Source of the DNA: an uncultured delta proteobacterium
GTDB lineage: Bacteria > Myxococcota_A > Polyangia > Polyangiales > Houyiibacteriaceae
Length of the DNA: 64,000 nt
Direction of reading: 5' to 3'
Assembly (NCBI GenBank): GCA_963699755.1
Contig: CAVOVB010000001.1
Coordinates: 1,600,001 to 1,664,000, forward strand
Under the pieces are notes generated by a model. The model ran no database searches. It worked only from the letters and a program-made list of their open reading frames with translations, and had not been told where the DNA came from. Shown here one piece after another: positions 41,722-51,438 of this stretch (position 1 is its first letter; every line of letters begins with the position of its first letter). Both the position numbers and the translations under genes were made by a program.

Positions 41722-42639
41722 ATGCGACCCAGAGTCCTCGTCGTCTACAAGAAGAGTACCTATCAGCGCTACGTGGGCCGCGCGCAGGCACGGCTCCAGG
41801 AGCTGATCGAGCACAGCGATGTATCGGTGCAAGGGCTGCTTCACGAGCACGAGGTCCATCAGGCGACGCTACAGCGCGCAAAGGAGGCGCTTCGCGACTT
41901 GGGGGCGCGCGCGATCCTTCGATATCGCCCCGAGCCAATGCCCGAAGAGGGGGCCTGGGACCTCATCGTCACGCTCGGAGGAGATGGCACGCTGCTGTGG
42001 GCCTCCCATCTTGCGGACTCCTCGACGCCGATGCTGGCGATCAACAGCGCGCCGGATACCAGCGTCGGTTACTTCTGCGCCGGGGACGCGCACGATGTCG
42101 GTGAAGTGCTGGCTGCTGCCCTCGATGGAAGCCTGAAGTCGAGCCGTCTTGCGCGGATGCAGGTCGATGTGGGCGACAAGCTCATCTCGACACGTGTGCT
42201 CAACGACGCGCTCTACTGCCACGAGAGCCCCGCCGCGACGTCACGCTACATCCTAAAATTCGGCGGCGAGCAGGAGCGGCAGATGTCGAGTGGGGTCTGG
42301 GTCGGCCCCGCGGCCGGTTCAACGGCCGCGCTTCGCTCGGCTGGCGGCAAGGTCCTTCCGGTCGGCTCTCAGAAGATACAGTTCGTCGTCCGCGAGCCCT
42401 ACCGCGGCGTCGACAACAAATATCGGCTCGTCAAAGGCATGTTCACGCGCGACGGGGTGCTCGAGATCACCAGCCGTATGACCAAGGGCCGGATTTTCCT
42501 CGACGGTACCCAGAAGGTGTACGCGGTTGGGATTGGCGACCGGATTCGGCTGACTTTGTCGGACGAGCCGCTCACACTTCTGGGCCTGAGGCAGCGGACC
42601 AACCGCTCCAAGCAAGGTCTCGCCATTGAAGTAAATTGA
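41722..42639 (+). CDS. nadK: NAD(+) kinase
   Basis: LGGDGT, LND, GST...SAGG motifs. Confidence 0.88.
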   Translation: MRPRVLVVYKKSTYQRYVGRAQARLQELIEHSDVSVQGLLHEHEVHQATLQRAKEALRDLGARAILRYRPEPMPEEGAWDLIVTLGGDGTLLWASHLADSSTPMLAINSAPDTSVGYFCAGDAHDVGEVLAAALDGSLKSSRLARMQVDVGDKLISTRVLNDALYCHESPAATSRYILKFGGEQERQMSSGVWVGPAAGSTAALRSAGGKVLPVGSQKIQFVVREPYRGVDNKYRLVKGMFTRDGVLEITSRMTKGRIFLDGTQKVYAVGIGDRIRLTLSDEPLTLLGLRQRTNRSKQGLAIEVN

Positions 42640-42672
42640 CCAGCGAAACGCCTGAGCGTTAGGTAGTACTCC

Positions 42673-43284
42673 GTGCCGCGCTATCGCAGCCATATCGCCT
42701 TCACGGTCTGGCCCCTCGCCGTGCTTTTCGTCTTGGAGTTGGTCCGGCTTTGGCCTGCGCTCCGCGGCGGAAGCTCGTTTGCCGAAGCGTCGCCCGCAAG
42801 TTGGGCTTCGCTCTTCACCTGGACGGTGCTGGTCCTGGGCTCCCTCGGAGCGTACGCGCGCGGTTGGAGCATGCTCGGGCGGGAGGCTGCCCAAAGCCCG
42901 GGGCCGTATCGGTCGATTGGCTGCCGGCGACTGCAGAAGCTGGCCGGCGGGCTTGCTTGGGCTCTCGTGGTCTCACAGCTCGTTCTGAATTGGGTCATGA
43001 CCGTCCGCGTTGGACCGGTCGCGATCAGTCAGTACGAGCTGTTGCGCGAGTTTCTGTCACGCCCGGCCGTCATGGCGTTCTATGTGCTGGGGCTCGGCGC
43101 GATCGGGCTCTTCTTGTCGCAGGGAATTGCCGCTTCGTTTCGTGCCTGGGGTCTCGCACAGCGGCCTGAAAGTTCACGCTGGCTCGAAATCGCCAGTACC
43201 GTGGCGTCGGCGACCATGGTGCTGTTGGCGATCAATGTTCTGAGTCACTTCGTGACCGGACGCGCATACTGGATGGGCCCGTGA
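42673..43284 (+). CDS. SdhC (cytochrome b558)-like 5-TM membrane protein lacking heme ligands
   Basis: H...V.P, RG..F, LQKLAG, LSRPAVMAFYVLG...LSQG...WG...P.S.R pattern matches Bacillus-type SdhC as recalled. Confidence 0.7.
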   Translation: MPRYRSHIAFTVWPLAVLFVLELVRLWPALRGGSSFAEASPASWASLFTWTVLVLGSLGAYARGWSMLGREAAQSPGPYRSIGCRRLQKLAGGLAWALVVSQLVLNWVMTVRVGPVAISQYELLREFLSRPAVMAFYVLGLGAIGLFLSQGIAASFRAWGLAQRPESSRWLEIASTVASATMVLLAINVLSHFVTGRAYWMGP

Positions 43285-44216
43285 GCGCCGCACGAATCTA
43301 TGCCATTGCTTTGAACACCTATCGCGAAGCCGTGCGCGACCGGGTCTTGTTTGGTGTTCTGGTGCTTGCGGCGGCCGTCCTTGCGCTGACCTTGGCGCTG
43401 GGGGAGCTTTCGCTCGATCAGCAGATGCGGGTCGTCACCGATCTCGGGCTCGCGTCGATCTCGTTGTTTTCGGTGGTGGTTGCGATTTTCCTGGGCTCCT
43501 CGCTCCTCTACAAAGAGATCGAACGGAAGACGCTCTACGTGATTCTTCCCAAGCCGATTGCGCGCTTCGAATTCTTGCTGGGCAAATACTTCGGCATCGT
43601 CGCGACCTGTGCGGTCTTCATCGCGATCATGGGGGCCTTACAGCTCCTGGTGACCGCCATTCAGGCCGAGGCGTCGACGACGCTGGTGATCGCGGTTCCG
43701 ATCGCCTTGCTGGTCAGTCTCGGAATTGCCTTTCTGGCCGCCAAAGACCGAACCCTCGTCGTGCCGATTTGGTCCATCGTTGCGCTCGGCGCATCGGCGT
43801 GGATTTGCTCGACGGTGGATGTCGAGCTCTTCCAGCTGCTTGCTTCCCTGCTGCTAAGCCTGGGCGAGGTGCTCATTCTGACGGCGGTAGCGCTCTTGTT
43901 TTCGTCCTTTTCGACTCCCTTTCTCACCGGTGCGTTCACGTTCGGGGTTTGGCTGGTCGGCAGGGCGGCACACGACATGGTGGCCATGGAGACCCGCGTC
44001 CTCAGCCCTGCGATGAAGACCTTGCTCCGTTGGTTCGCCGAGTTCCTGCCCAACTTCAATCTCTTCGTCCCGGGTCGAAACACCCTGGTGACGAAGACTG
44101 CCGCCTATGGCGAACCCTTGACCTACCTTGCCACGTCCATGGGCTACGCAATCTTGTACGCCGGGGCCACGCTCTTCATCGCCGCTCTAATCTTTCGTCG
44201 CAGAGACTTCTTGTGA
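43281..44216 (+). CDS. ABC-2 type permease (PilI-like)
   Basis: IALNTYREAVRDRVL, EIERKTLYVILPKPIARFEFLLGKYFG, C-terminal FRRRDF. Confidence 0.85.
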   Translation: MSAARIYAIALNTYREAVRDRVLFGVLVLAAAVLALTLALGELSLDQQMRVVTDLGLASISLFSVVVAIFLGSSLLYKEIERKTLYVILPKPIARFEFLLGKYFGIVATCAVFIAIMGALQLLVTAIQAEASTTLVIAVPIALLVSLGIAFLAAKDRTLVVPIWSIVALGASAWICSTVDVELFQLLASLLLSLGEVLILTAVALLFSSFSTPFLTGAFTFGVWLVGRAAHDMVAMETRVLSPAMKTLLRWFAEFLPNFNLFVPGRNTLVTKTAAYGEPLTYLATSMGYAILYAGATLFIAALIFRRRDFL

Positions 44217-44866
44217 GCTCCTTGCGGGCGCGCTCTGGCATCGTGACTGGGATCGCGGTGCTCACTCTGTTCGCGTTGCTCTTCGGACGCGTGGCGTCGG
44301 AGTCTCGCGAGGAGCTCGCCGCAGCGAACGCCTACCGCCACGACGGTCGTCCAAGCCGTGCAATCGAGCACTACCGCCGCTCCATCCGATGGGCCCTGCC
44401 ATGGAGTCCGTACCACGCCGAAGCGATCTCCGAGCTGGAGTCCCTCGCCAAGGCGCTCGAGGCCGAGGGAGACAACGACCTTGCTCTCTTGGCCTGGCGG
44501 TCGCTGTCGGGCGGCATTGCGGCTACTCGAACGCTCTATTCGCGCTCCGACCCGGCGCGCGAGAATGCGAACGACCAGATTGCGCGTCTCCTTGCCATGG
44601 ATCAGGCTGCTGCTGTCGATTCTCGTTTGAGCGCCGAGCAGTTGGCCGCCGACCATCGCCGCCTCCTGAGCGACGAGGTGTCTCCCGATCCGTTTTGGGG
44701 GCTCGTGCTGTTGTCGGGAATGGCCGTCTGGGTTGGGGCGTTGGTCCTCTTGGCGCGGCGCGGTTTCGACTCGGCTGGACGCTTTCACTGGCCGACGGCG
44801 CGGGGCCCAGTCTGGGGCGCCCTGCTGGGCTTCGTTTCTTTTGCGATAGGATTGCTCTTCGCCTGA
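44213..44866 (+). CDS. Hypothetical membrane protein with TPR-like periplasmic domain
   Basis: N-terminal TM, AIEHYRRSIRW helix, two C-terminal TMs; overlaps the permease stop. Confidence 0.65.
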   Translation: MSSLRARSGIVTGIAVLTLFALLFGRVASESREELAAANAYRHDGRPSRAIEHYRRSIRWALPWSPYHAEAISELESLAKALEAEGDNDLALLAWRSLSGGIAATRTLYSRSDPARENANDQIARLLAMDQAAAVDSRLSAEQLAADHRRLLSDEVSPDPFWGLVLLSGMAVWVGALVLLARRGFDSAGRFHWPTARGPVWGALLGFVSFAIGLLFA

Positions 44867-44905
44867 AGTTGCCCGAACTTGGGCCACGGGGTAACAGGGG
44901 GCGTC

Positions 44906-46171
44906 GTGGATAGCATCCGAATCGTTGGGGGAAACAGGCTCGTGGGGTCAGTGCCGATCAGTGGCGCAAAGAACGCCGCGCTGCCCATCATGACGGCGGC
45001 GCTCTTGGCCGACGGTGAGCACGTGTTTCGGAACGTCCCCAATCTCCGGGACGTCCATACGATGACGCGCCTGCTAAACCGACTCGGTGCACAGGCGGAG
45101 TACGAGAACGGCCAGGTGCACGTCAGCCTGTCTGGCCCGATCGAGCCGACGGCTCCCTACGACCTCGTGAAGCAGATGCGCGCGTCGGTTCTGGTACTCG
45201 GTCCGCTCGTTGCGCGCTGCGGACGCGCGGTGGTCTCCATGCCGGGCGGCTGTGCAATTGGAGCGCGACCCATCGACCAGCATCTCAAGGGACTCTCGGC
45301 GATGGGTGCGGCGGTCGAGTTGCACCACGGCTACGTCGAGGTGACCGTCCCCGGTGGTCGACTGAAGGGCGCGGACATCAGCTTGGACTTCCCGACCCAT
45401 ACCGGGACCGAGAACCTCATGAGCGCGGCGGTGTTGGCCAAGGGCCGCACGACGCTCACGAACTGTGCCCGCGAACCGGAGGTCGAAGAGCTGGCCCGCG
45501 TCTTGAACAAAATGGGCGGGCGCATCGAAGGCGCAGGAACGTCCGTGATCTCGATCGAGGGTGTTGAATCACTTCATCCGATCGACCATGCGATCATTTC
45601 CGATCGCATCGAAGCCGGGACCTTCATGGTTGCCGCTGCTGCGACCGATGGCGACCTGCTCTTGCAAGGCGTGAGCTTCGAGCCTCTCGAGGCGGTCATC
45701 GCGAAGCTGCGGGAGGCCGGCGCAGGCGTCGAACGCGAAGGCGAAGGAATCCGTGTCGTGGGTTCGCGTCCGATCCGCCCGACCGACGTGATCACGCAGC
45801 CGCACCCCGGTTTCCCGACTGACATGCAAGCGCAACTGATGATGTTGATGTGCCTCGCTGAAGGCACGAGCCGAATCACCGAGACGGTATTCGAGAATCG
45901 TTTCATGCACGTCTCGGAGCTCAACCGGATGGGAGCCAGGATCCAAGTCAATGGCCGAACGGCGACCGTGCAAGGTGTGGATAAGCTCGAAGGCGCGGAG
46001 GTGATGGCCACCGACCTTCGTGCAAGCGCTTCGCTGGTCGTGGCAGGGCTGGTTGCCGAGGGCACCACCTACGTCCGGCGGGTCTATCACCTCGATCGGG
46101 GCTATGAGCACATCGAGGAGAAGCTGGCTCCGCTTGGAGCCCAGATCGAGCGGGTACCCGGAGATGCCTAG
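44906..46171 (+). CDS. murA: UDP-N-acetylglucosamine 1-carboxyvinyltransferase
   Basis: [39 protein letters not shown]. Confidence 0.98.
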   Translation: MDSIRIVGGNRLVGSVPISGAKNAALPIMTAALLADGEHVFRNVPNLRDVHTMTRLLNRLGAQAEYENGQVHVSLSGPIEPTAPYDLVKQMRASVLVLGPLVARCGRAVVSMPGGCAIGARPIDQHLKGLSAMGAAVELHHGYVEVTVPGGRLKGADISLDFPTHTGTENLMSAAVLAKGRTTLTNCAREPEVEELARVLNKMGGRIEGAGTSVISIEGVESLHPIDHAIISDRIEAGTFMVAAAATDGDLLLQGVSFEPLEAVIAKLREAGAGVEREGEGIRVVGSRPIRPTDVITQPHPGFPTDMQAQLMMLMCLAEGTSRITETVFENRFMHVSELNRMGARIQVNGRTATVQGVDKLEGAEVMATDLRASASLVVAGLVAEGTTYVRRVYHLDRGYEHIEEKLAPLGAQIERVPGDA

Positions 46172-46802
46172 ACGCAACAAGGACACCATCGTCATTGCCG
46201 TTCCCAAGGGGCGGGTTCTCGAACAGCTCAGTGGCCGGCTCGAGCAAGCCGGGATTCCCACCGACGCGCTAACCGCGAATAGCCGCAAGCTCGTTCGCGA
46301 GGACAAGGAAACCGGACTGAGCTATTTGTTGCTCAAGCCCGACGACGTGCCGACCTACGTCGAGTACGGCGCGGCCGACCTGGGCATCGTAGGCCGAGAC
46401 GTATTGATGGAACGAAACTACGACGTCTTCGCGCCCGTCGACCTCGACATCGGCAAATGCCAGATGATGGTCTGCGGCCGTCCAAAGGAGCCCATCGCTG
46501 GCAAAGGAGAACGCCCTCTGCGCGTTGCCACGAAGTTCCCGCACATCGCCGAGCAATACTTCCGAGCCAAGGGCACGCCCGTCGAGCTGATCTTCTGCCA
46601 GGGCTCGGTAGAGCTCGGTCCCTTGACCGGGCTCTCGGACGTCATCGTCGACCTCGTGGAATCCGGCGAAACGCTTCGCCAAAATGGGCTCGTCCCACTC
46701 GAGAAAATCGCGGACATCAGCTCGGTCGTGATCGCCAATCGGGCTGCACTGAAACTTCGGCGAAGCCAAATCCAGCCGATTCTCGATGCCCTTCGCGGCT
46801 AG
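46164..46802 (+). CDS. hisG: ATP phosphoribosyltransferase, short form
   Basis: [42 protein letters not shown]; 212 aa. Confidence 0.96.
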   Translation: MPRRNKDTIVIAVPKGRVLEQLSGRLEQAGIPTDALTANSRKLVREDKETGLSYLLLKPDDVPTYVEYGAADLGIVGRDVLMERNYDVFAPVDLDIGKCQMMVCGRPKEPIAGKGERPLRVATKFPHIAEQYFRAKGTPVELIFCQGSVELGPLTGLSDVIVDLVESGETLRQNGLVPLEKIADISSVVIANRAALKLRRSQIQPILDALRG

Positions 46803-46810
46803 GCACGACG

Positions 46811-47383
46811 ATGCTCCGTTTGCGTACAGCAACCGACCCAAGCTGGATCGACGTCGTGCTTGGCGATTTCGACGCGTTCCTCGTCGACCACGCGTCCTGC
46901 GAGCGGAAGGCCTCCGCTACCGCGCTGAAGCTCGTCTCTCACTACTCCGATCGTACTCTGCTCGTGCGCGAGTTGATTCCGTTCGCGCAGGAAGAGCTCG
47001 AACACTATGCGCAAGTCATGGAGATCATCCTCGACAGGGGTCTATCGACGCGGGCAGACGACAAAGACCCGTACGTCGGCGCGCTGATGAGGCTGATCAA
47101 GCGAGGGCCGGAGCAGTATTTCCTGGATCGACTGCTCGTGCTCGGCATCGTGGAAGCGCGGGGCTGCGAACGCTTCGGCATGGTCGCCGACGCCCTCGAA
47201 CCCGGGGCACTAAAGACGTTCTACGCGGACATCACGCGTTCGGAAGCCAGGCACCACGGCTTGTTCGTTCGCCTGGCGCGCGAATACTTCGCCGCGGAAG
47301 GCGTGCAGGCCCGGCTGAACGAGCTGCTCGACGCAGAAGCCGAGATCGTCGATCGCCTACCGTTGCGTGCGGCTGTTCACTGA
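46811..47383 (+). CDS. miaE: tRNA-(ms2io6A37) hydroxylase
   Basis: DHASCERKA, EELEH, IVEARGCERF, SEARH di-iron ligands. Confidence 0.92.
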   Translation: MLRLRTATDPSWIDVVLGDFDAFLVDHASCERKASATALKLVSHYSDRTLLVRELIPFAQEELEHYAQVMEIILDRGLSTRADDKDPYVGALMRLIKRGPEQYFLDRLLVLGIVEARGCERFGMVADALEPGALKTFYADITRSEARHHGLFVRLAREYFAAEGVQARLNELLDAEAEIVDRLPLRAAVH

Positions 47384-47410
47384 ACGCGTTTTCGAGTACA
47401 CCGGTTCCCC

Positions 47411-48520
47411 ATGTGGAAAACCTCCGTGATTGGGAACGCCTGTGTTGCCTTCGGCTTCTTGCTCGCTTCTTGCAGCAGTGACGGCGGGGTCAGCGCCCCT
47501 CAGTACGACGCGACCGGACCCGCTGCGGTGGGCGTGTTGACGACGTCAGCCACCGACAGCGTCCGGGGTCGGACGCTTCCGATCGAAGTCTGGTATCCGA
47601 TCGAGTCCTCGGGTCCCGCATCCGGCGTCATCGACTTTGAAACCGATCCCGACCATCGAGCGGCGCTGTCTGGCCTCTTGGACGCGGCGCCCGAGGCCTG
47701 CGTCGCCAAGACGACGGCCGCCAGCCGGGACGCAGCCGCGGCCGCAGGTGAGTACCCGCTCGTTCTGTACTCGCACTGCTACACCTGCACGCGTTGGTCT
47801 GCGCATGCCGTCATGGAACGCTTGGCGTCCCATGGCTTCATCGTCGTCGCGCCCGACCACATCGGCGATACGCTCTTCGATCGCCTCGATGAAAGCCCGG
47901 CTCCGCTCAACAACGAGCTCGTCGATGTCCGGGAGGCCGACATTCGCTTCCTGCTCGACCGCGTTCTGGGGGGTGACGTCCTGCCCGATGGCATTTCCGC
48001 CAACGCGGCCCGGGTAGGAATGCTGGGCCACAGCATCGGTTCGGTCACTGCTGGAAGAGTGGCCGAGAACGATTCCCGAATTGCGGCCGTTGTCGGGTTC
48101 GCCGCGCCCATGGAGAACATCCTTTATGGCGAGGTGTCGATCGAAGCCATCGAGGTTCCCTTGGGCCTTCTCGTCGCCAACGAGGACAATTCGATCACCG
48201 AGGCCGGCAACTTCTTCATCCGAGAGAATTTCTCGAATGCAAATACGCCGGCCTACAAGATGGAGGTCGTCGATGCGGGCCACTGGTCGGTCACCAATAT
48301 CGCCGGACTGGACGCGTTCTTCGCCCCCGGATGCGGCGACGGCTTCAGGCAAACCAACGGCGAGCCGTTTACCTACGTCTCGGTCGACTCGGCGAACGGT
48401 CACACCGCCACCTTCGTCACCGCGTTTTTCGCCGGGCACCTGTTGAACGAACCAACTGCACTGGAGCTCCTAGGGAGCAATCCATTCCCCAGCGCAGCGC
48501 CAATTGAGGTTCGGGAGTAG
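47411..48520 (+). CDS. Alpha/beta-hydrolase lipoprotein
   Basis: Lipobox LASC, EVWYP, LASHGFIVVAPDH, GHSIG nucleophile elbow, AGH. Confidence 0.85.
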   Translation: MWKTSVIGNACVAFGFLLASCSSDGGVSAPQYDATGPAAVGVLTTSATDSVRGRTLPIEVWYPIESSGPASGVIDFETDPDHRAALSGLLDAAPEACVAKTTAASRDAAAAAGEYPLVLYSHCYTCTRWSAHAVMERLASHGFIVVAPDHIGDTLFDRLDESPAPLNNELVDVREADIRFLLDRVLGGDVLPDGISANAARVGMLGHSIGSVTAGRVAENDSRIAAVVGFAAPMENILYGEVSIEAIEVPLGLLVANEDNSITEAGNFFIRENFSNANTPAYKMEVVDAGHWSVTNIAGLDAFFAPGCGDGFRQTNGEPFTYVSVDSANGHTATFVTAFFAGHLLNEPTALELLGSNPFPSAAPIEVRE

Positions 48521-48537
48521 GCCAGCCGCAGTTTTGG

Positions 48538-48647
48538 TTACACCGCCCGCCCGCCCCCACCCGTAATCCTCCCTGCCGCGGCGGTCGCTGCGCTTCGCCT
48601 TGGCGGCGCGTTGCGCCGGGCTTCGCCCTTCGGGCTCGCGCTGCCGC
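48538..48647 (+). repeat. Dispersed ~110-nt structured repeat, copy 4
   Basis: Similar to 6838-6947; between convergent genes. Confidence 0.9.
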
Positions 48648-48672
48648 GCAACTGCGGGTGCCGGTGTCAGTG

Positions 48673-49167
48673 CTAAATCCGCTTGCGGTAGATCACGCGG
48701 ATCTCCCGGAAGCCGAGCGCGTCATGGGCGCGCCTCGCCCCTTCGTTCGCCGACCAGGTCGCTGATTCCATCACCTCGCAGCCAGCGGCTGTGAAACGCC
48801 GTTCGAGCTCGCGAAGCAAGGACGCGCCCACCCCGGTGCCCCTCGACTCCGGCACGACGAACCAATCCTCGACGACGCCCCTGCGCGGCAACACGCGCCT
48901 CGGCTCGACCGTGATTCGACCTGTGATGTACCCAACCGCGGCTGCCTGAGATTCGGCCACCAGGACGTGGCTGCTTGGGTCTTTGAGGAGCGCCTGAAGG
49001 TCGTCGTTGAGGATGCGCTCGTAGTCCCGATACTCGATGAGCGGGCGGTCATGCGCAGCAACGACCTCGTCGCGGTGGGCTTGATAGAGGCTGCGGTGAA
49101 AGCCGATCAGCACCTGACGGTCGGCCTCACCCGCCTCGCGCACTTCGAACGTCGGGACCATGAGCAT
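48673..49167 (-). CDS. GNAT acetyltransferase
   Basis: WFVVPESRGTGVGASLL, ANEGARRAHDALGF. Confidence 0.85.
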   Translation of the reverse strand: MLMVPTFEVREAGEADRQVLIGFHRSLYQAHRDEVVAAHDRPLIEYRDYERILNDDLQALLKDPSSHVLVAESQAAAVGYITGRITVEPRRVLPRRGVVEDWFVVPESRGTGVGASLLRELERRFTAAGCEVMESATWSANEGARRAHDALGFREIRVIYRKRI

Positions 49168-49201
49168 GAACCTAAGCGGTTCGGCAGGTGAGTGGTAGCG
49201 G

Positions 49202-49510
49202 CTAGCGCACGCGAATCGAATGCCGGATCCGACCGAAGGTCTTTCGGCCGATCCCCGGAACCCGAATGATGTCCTCGATGCGACGAAAGCGTCGCTTTTC
49301 GCGCTCCGCGACGATGGCCTCGGCGCGGCTCGGGCCAATGCCCGGGAGCTTCACGAGCTCCTCGGGCGGGGCCTCGTTGATGTTGATGCGCGGGTCTTGC
49401 TCGACGCTTGGCGGACCCTGATTAGGGGGGCCGACGCCGCCGTCGACTGCTCTAGCCGGCGCCGCGTAAAGCGCGCTCATCGCGAGCGGCAGAATGAACA
49501 GTCGCTTCAT
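49202..49510 (-). CDS. comEA: ComEA-family periplasmic helix-hairpin-helix DNA-binding protein
   Basis: Signal peptide; ININEA..EELVKLPGIGPSRAEAIV, VPGIGRKTF. Confidence 0.88.
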   Translation of the reverse strand: MKRLFILPLAMSALYAAPARAVDGGVGPPNQGPPSVEQDPRININEAPPEELVKLPGIGPSRAEAIVAEREKRRFRRIEDIIRVPGIGRKTFGRIRHSIRVR

Positions 49511-49725
49511 CAGGCTGCCTGGTCACGCGAGGCGCCCTCGCGGGCTTCCCTGGGCTGGTAGTCTCGGATCTGCAGCTCCCCGTTGACCGGCATCGCATCG
49601 AGCCGAACGTTGAGGCTTCCGTCACGGTTGACGAAGGCGGCACCCACGCGCACCCAAAACTTCCGACCGTCCTTGTTTCGCTCCACCACGGTGTAGGCAA
49701 TCTTCACTTTGTTTTCGTCGAGCAT
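49510..49725 (-). CDS. 71-aa basic beta-rich protein, putative ssDNA-binding
   Basis: Strong RBS (AGGAGG); KFWVRVGAAFVNRDGSLNVRLDAMPVNGELQIRD; TGATG coupling to comEA. Confidence 0.75.
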   Translation of the reverse strand: MLDENKVKIAYTVVERNKDGRKFWVRVGAAFVNRDGSLNVRLDAMPVNGELQIRDYQPREAREGASRDQAA

Positions 49726-49759
49726 CTTTCCTCCTGCTTGGAATGAGAATCGACTGTGT

Positions 49760-49775
49760 TGCACACGCGGTGCCA
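49760..49775 (-). promoter_or_regulatory. Sigma54 (-24/-12) promoter
   Basis: Minus strand TGGCACCGCGTGTGCA, exact GG-N10-GC spacing, 34 nt upstream of the ATG at 49725. Confidence 0.75.
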
Positions 49776-49931
49776 GGGCTCGGTCGAGTGATCCCGGGTA
49801 GCTACGCGGTGTGAACTGGCGAATCGGCGGCGTGGGAACGGCGGCCGCCAGCGGATCGCGGTCGCGGTTTGGTTTGTTGGCTGCAGAAGTTCCTGTCAGT
49901 ATCCCGCCGACCGAGGGGTACAAGGAGCCAG

Positions 49932-51401
49932 ATGAAGATTTCACTTTCTGAGGGTACGTGGGACAAATCGACCGCAGACATCGTCGCGGTCGCGGTTCCA
50001 TCGGGGAAGACGAAGCTCAACCGCGCCTTGGGGCGCATCGAGACCGTCACCGGCAAGGGCAGCATCAAGCCCCTCGCCTCGGATGAGCGCTTTGCGGGAA
50101 AGGTCGCGCAAACCCTCAAAGTTGCGGCTGCGGGCAAGGCGAAGTCTCGCTGGCTCTTGCTCGTCGGTGTCGGTGATGAAGAAGACGCCGGAAAGGTCGC
50201 TTGGACCCTCGGGCATTCGCTTGCTTCGGCGGCTCGCGCGCAAAAGAGCGCAGCTGTCGAGCTCTCCGTCGTCAACGCCGACACGGTTCGCGCCGCCACG
50301 CAGGGGCTCGTTGCCGGGGCCTATCGCTACACCGAGTACAAGAGCGACAAGGAGGCGGCCGCAACGCTCAGCTCCGCCGTCATCGTCGGCGCCCCAAAGG
50401 CTCGGCGCGGTCTGACCGCCGCCATTCGCACGGGGAAAGCCGTCGCGGAGAGCGTCAATTTCGCCCGCGACCTCGTCAACCGGCCGCCGAATGACCTCAA
50501 TCCAGTGACCCTCGCGCGTGCCGCCTCTAGCGAGTCACGAAAGCTGGGCTTGTCCTGCCGCGTCTGGAACAAGGCGCGCATCGAGAAAGAGGGGATGAAC
50601 CTACTGCTGGCGGTCAACAAGGGCAGCGCGATCGAACCGCGGGTCATTCACGTGGTGTATAAGCCAGCGCGTCCAAAAAAGAAGGTGGTTTTCGTTGGGA
50701 AGGGCCTCACTTTCGATGCCGGTGGCCTCTGCATCAAGCCGGCGGCTTCGATGGTCGACATGAAATGCGACATGGCCGGTGCCGCGACCACGTTGGGCAT
50801 CGTCTTCGCTGCGGCGCGACTCAAGCTCCCCGTCGAGGTACACGCCGTCATTGGCTCTACCGAAAACATGACGGGTGCGAAGGCGTACCGACCTGGCGAT
50901 GTCTACAAGTCGCTGGAGGGCAAGACCGTGGAGGTCATCAACACCGATGCTGAGGGGCGCTTGGTGCTTGCCGACGTGCTGACCTGGGCGGTGCGCAAGC
51001 TCAAACCCGACTACATGATCGACCACGCCACCCTGACCGGCGCTTGCCTGGTGGCGCTCGGCCCCTGGCGGGCGGCGCTCTACACCGACGACGATAAGCT
51101 CGCTTCGAAGTATATCGACGCCTCCGAAGGGGAGGGCGAATCGTTTTGGCGCCTGCCACTTGATTCGGATCTTCGCTCGACGCTCAAGAGCTCCATTGCC
51201 GACCTGAAGCACGTGGGCGGCCGCTACGGGGGCTCGATCACCGCGGCGCTCTTCCTCAAGGAGTTCGTCGGCGACACCACTTGGATGCACCTCGACATTG
51301 CCGGCCCGGCCTTCGTCGACCGGCCACATGGGCGCCTACCCAAAGGGGGAACGGGCTTCGGCGTCGCAACGGGAGTGCGATTCCTAGAGGGAATTCGGTA
51401 G
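49932..51401 (+). CDS. pepA: Leucyl aminopeptidase (M17)
   Basis: GKGLTFDAGG, MKCDMAG, NTDAEGRL, ATLTGA, WMHLDIAG. Confidence 0.96.
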   Translation: MKISLSEGTWDKSTADIVAVAVPSGKTKLNRALGRIETVTGKGSIKPLASDERFAGKVAQTLKVAAAGKAKSRWLLLVGVGDEEDAGKVAWTLGHSLASAARAQKSAAVELSVVNADTVRAATQGLVAGAYRYTEYKSDKEAAATLSSAVIVGAPKARRGLTAAIRTGKAVAESVNFARDLVNRPPNDLNPVTLARAASSESRKLGLSCRVWNKARIEKEGMNLLLAVNKGSAIEPRVIHVVYKPARPKKKVVFVGKGLTFDAGGLCIKPAASMVDMKCDMAGAATTLGIVFAAARLKLPVEVHAVIGSTENMTGAKAYRPGDVYKSLEGKTVEVINTDAEGRLVLADVLTWAVRKLKPDYMIDHATLTGACLVALGPWRAALYTDDDKLASKYIDASEGEGESFWRLPLDSDLRSTLKSSIADLKHVGGRYGGSITAALFLKEFVGDTTWMHLDIAGPAFVDRPHGRLPKGGTGFGVATGVRFLEGIR

Positions 51402-51438
51402 TCGAGCCGGCTCGCCGTCGAGATGCGGGTGTGCGACC

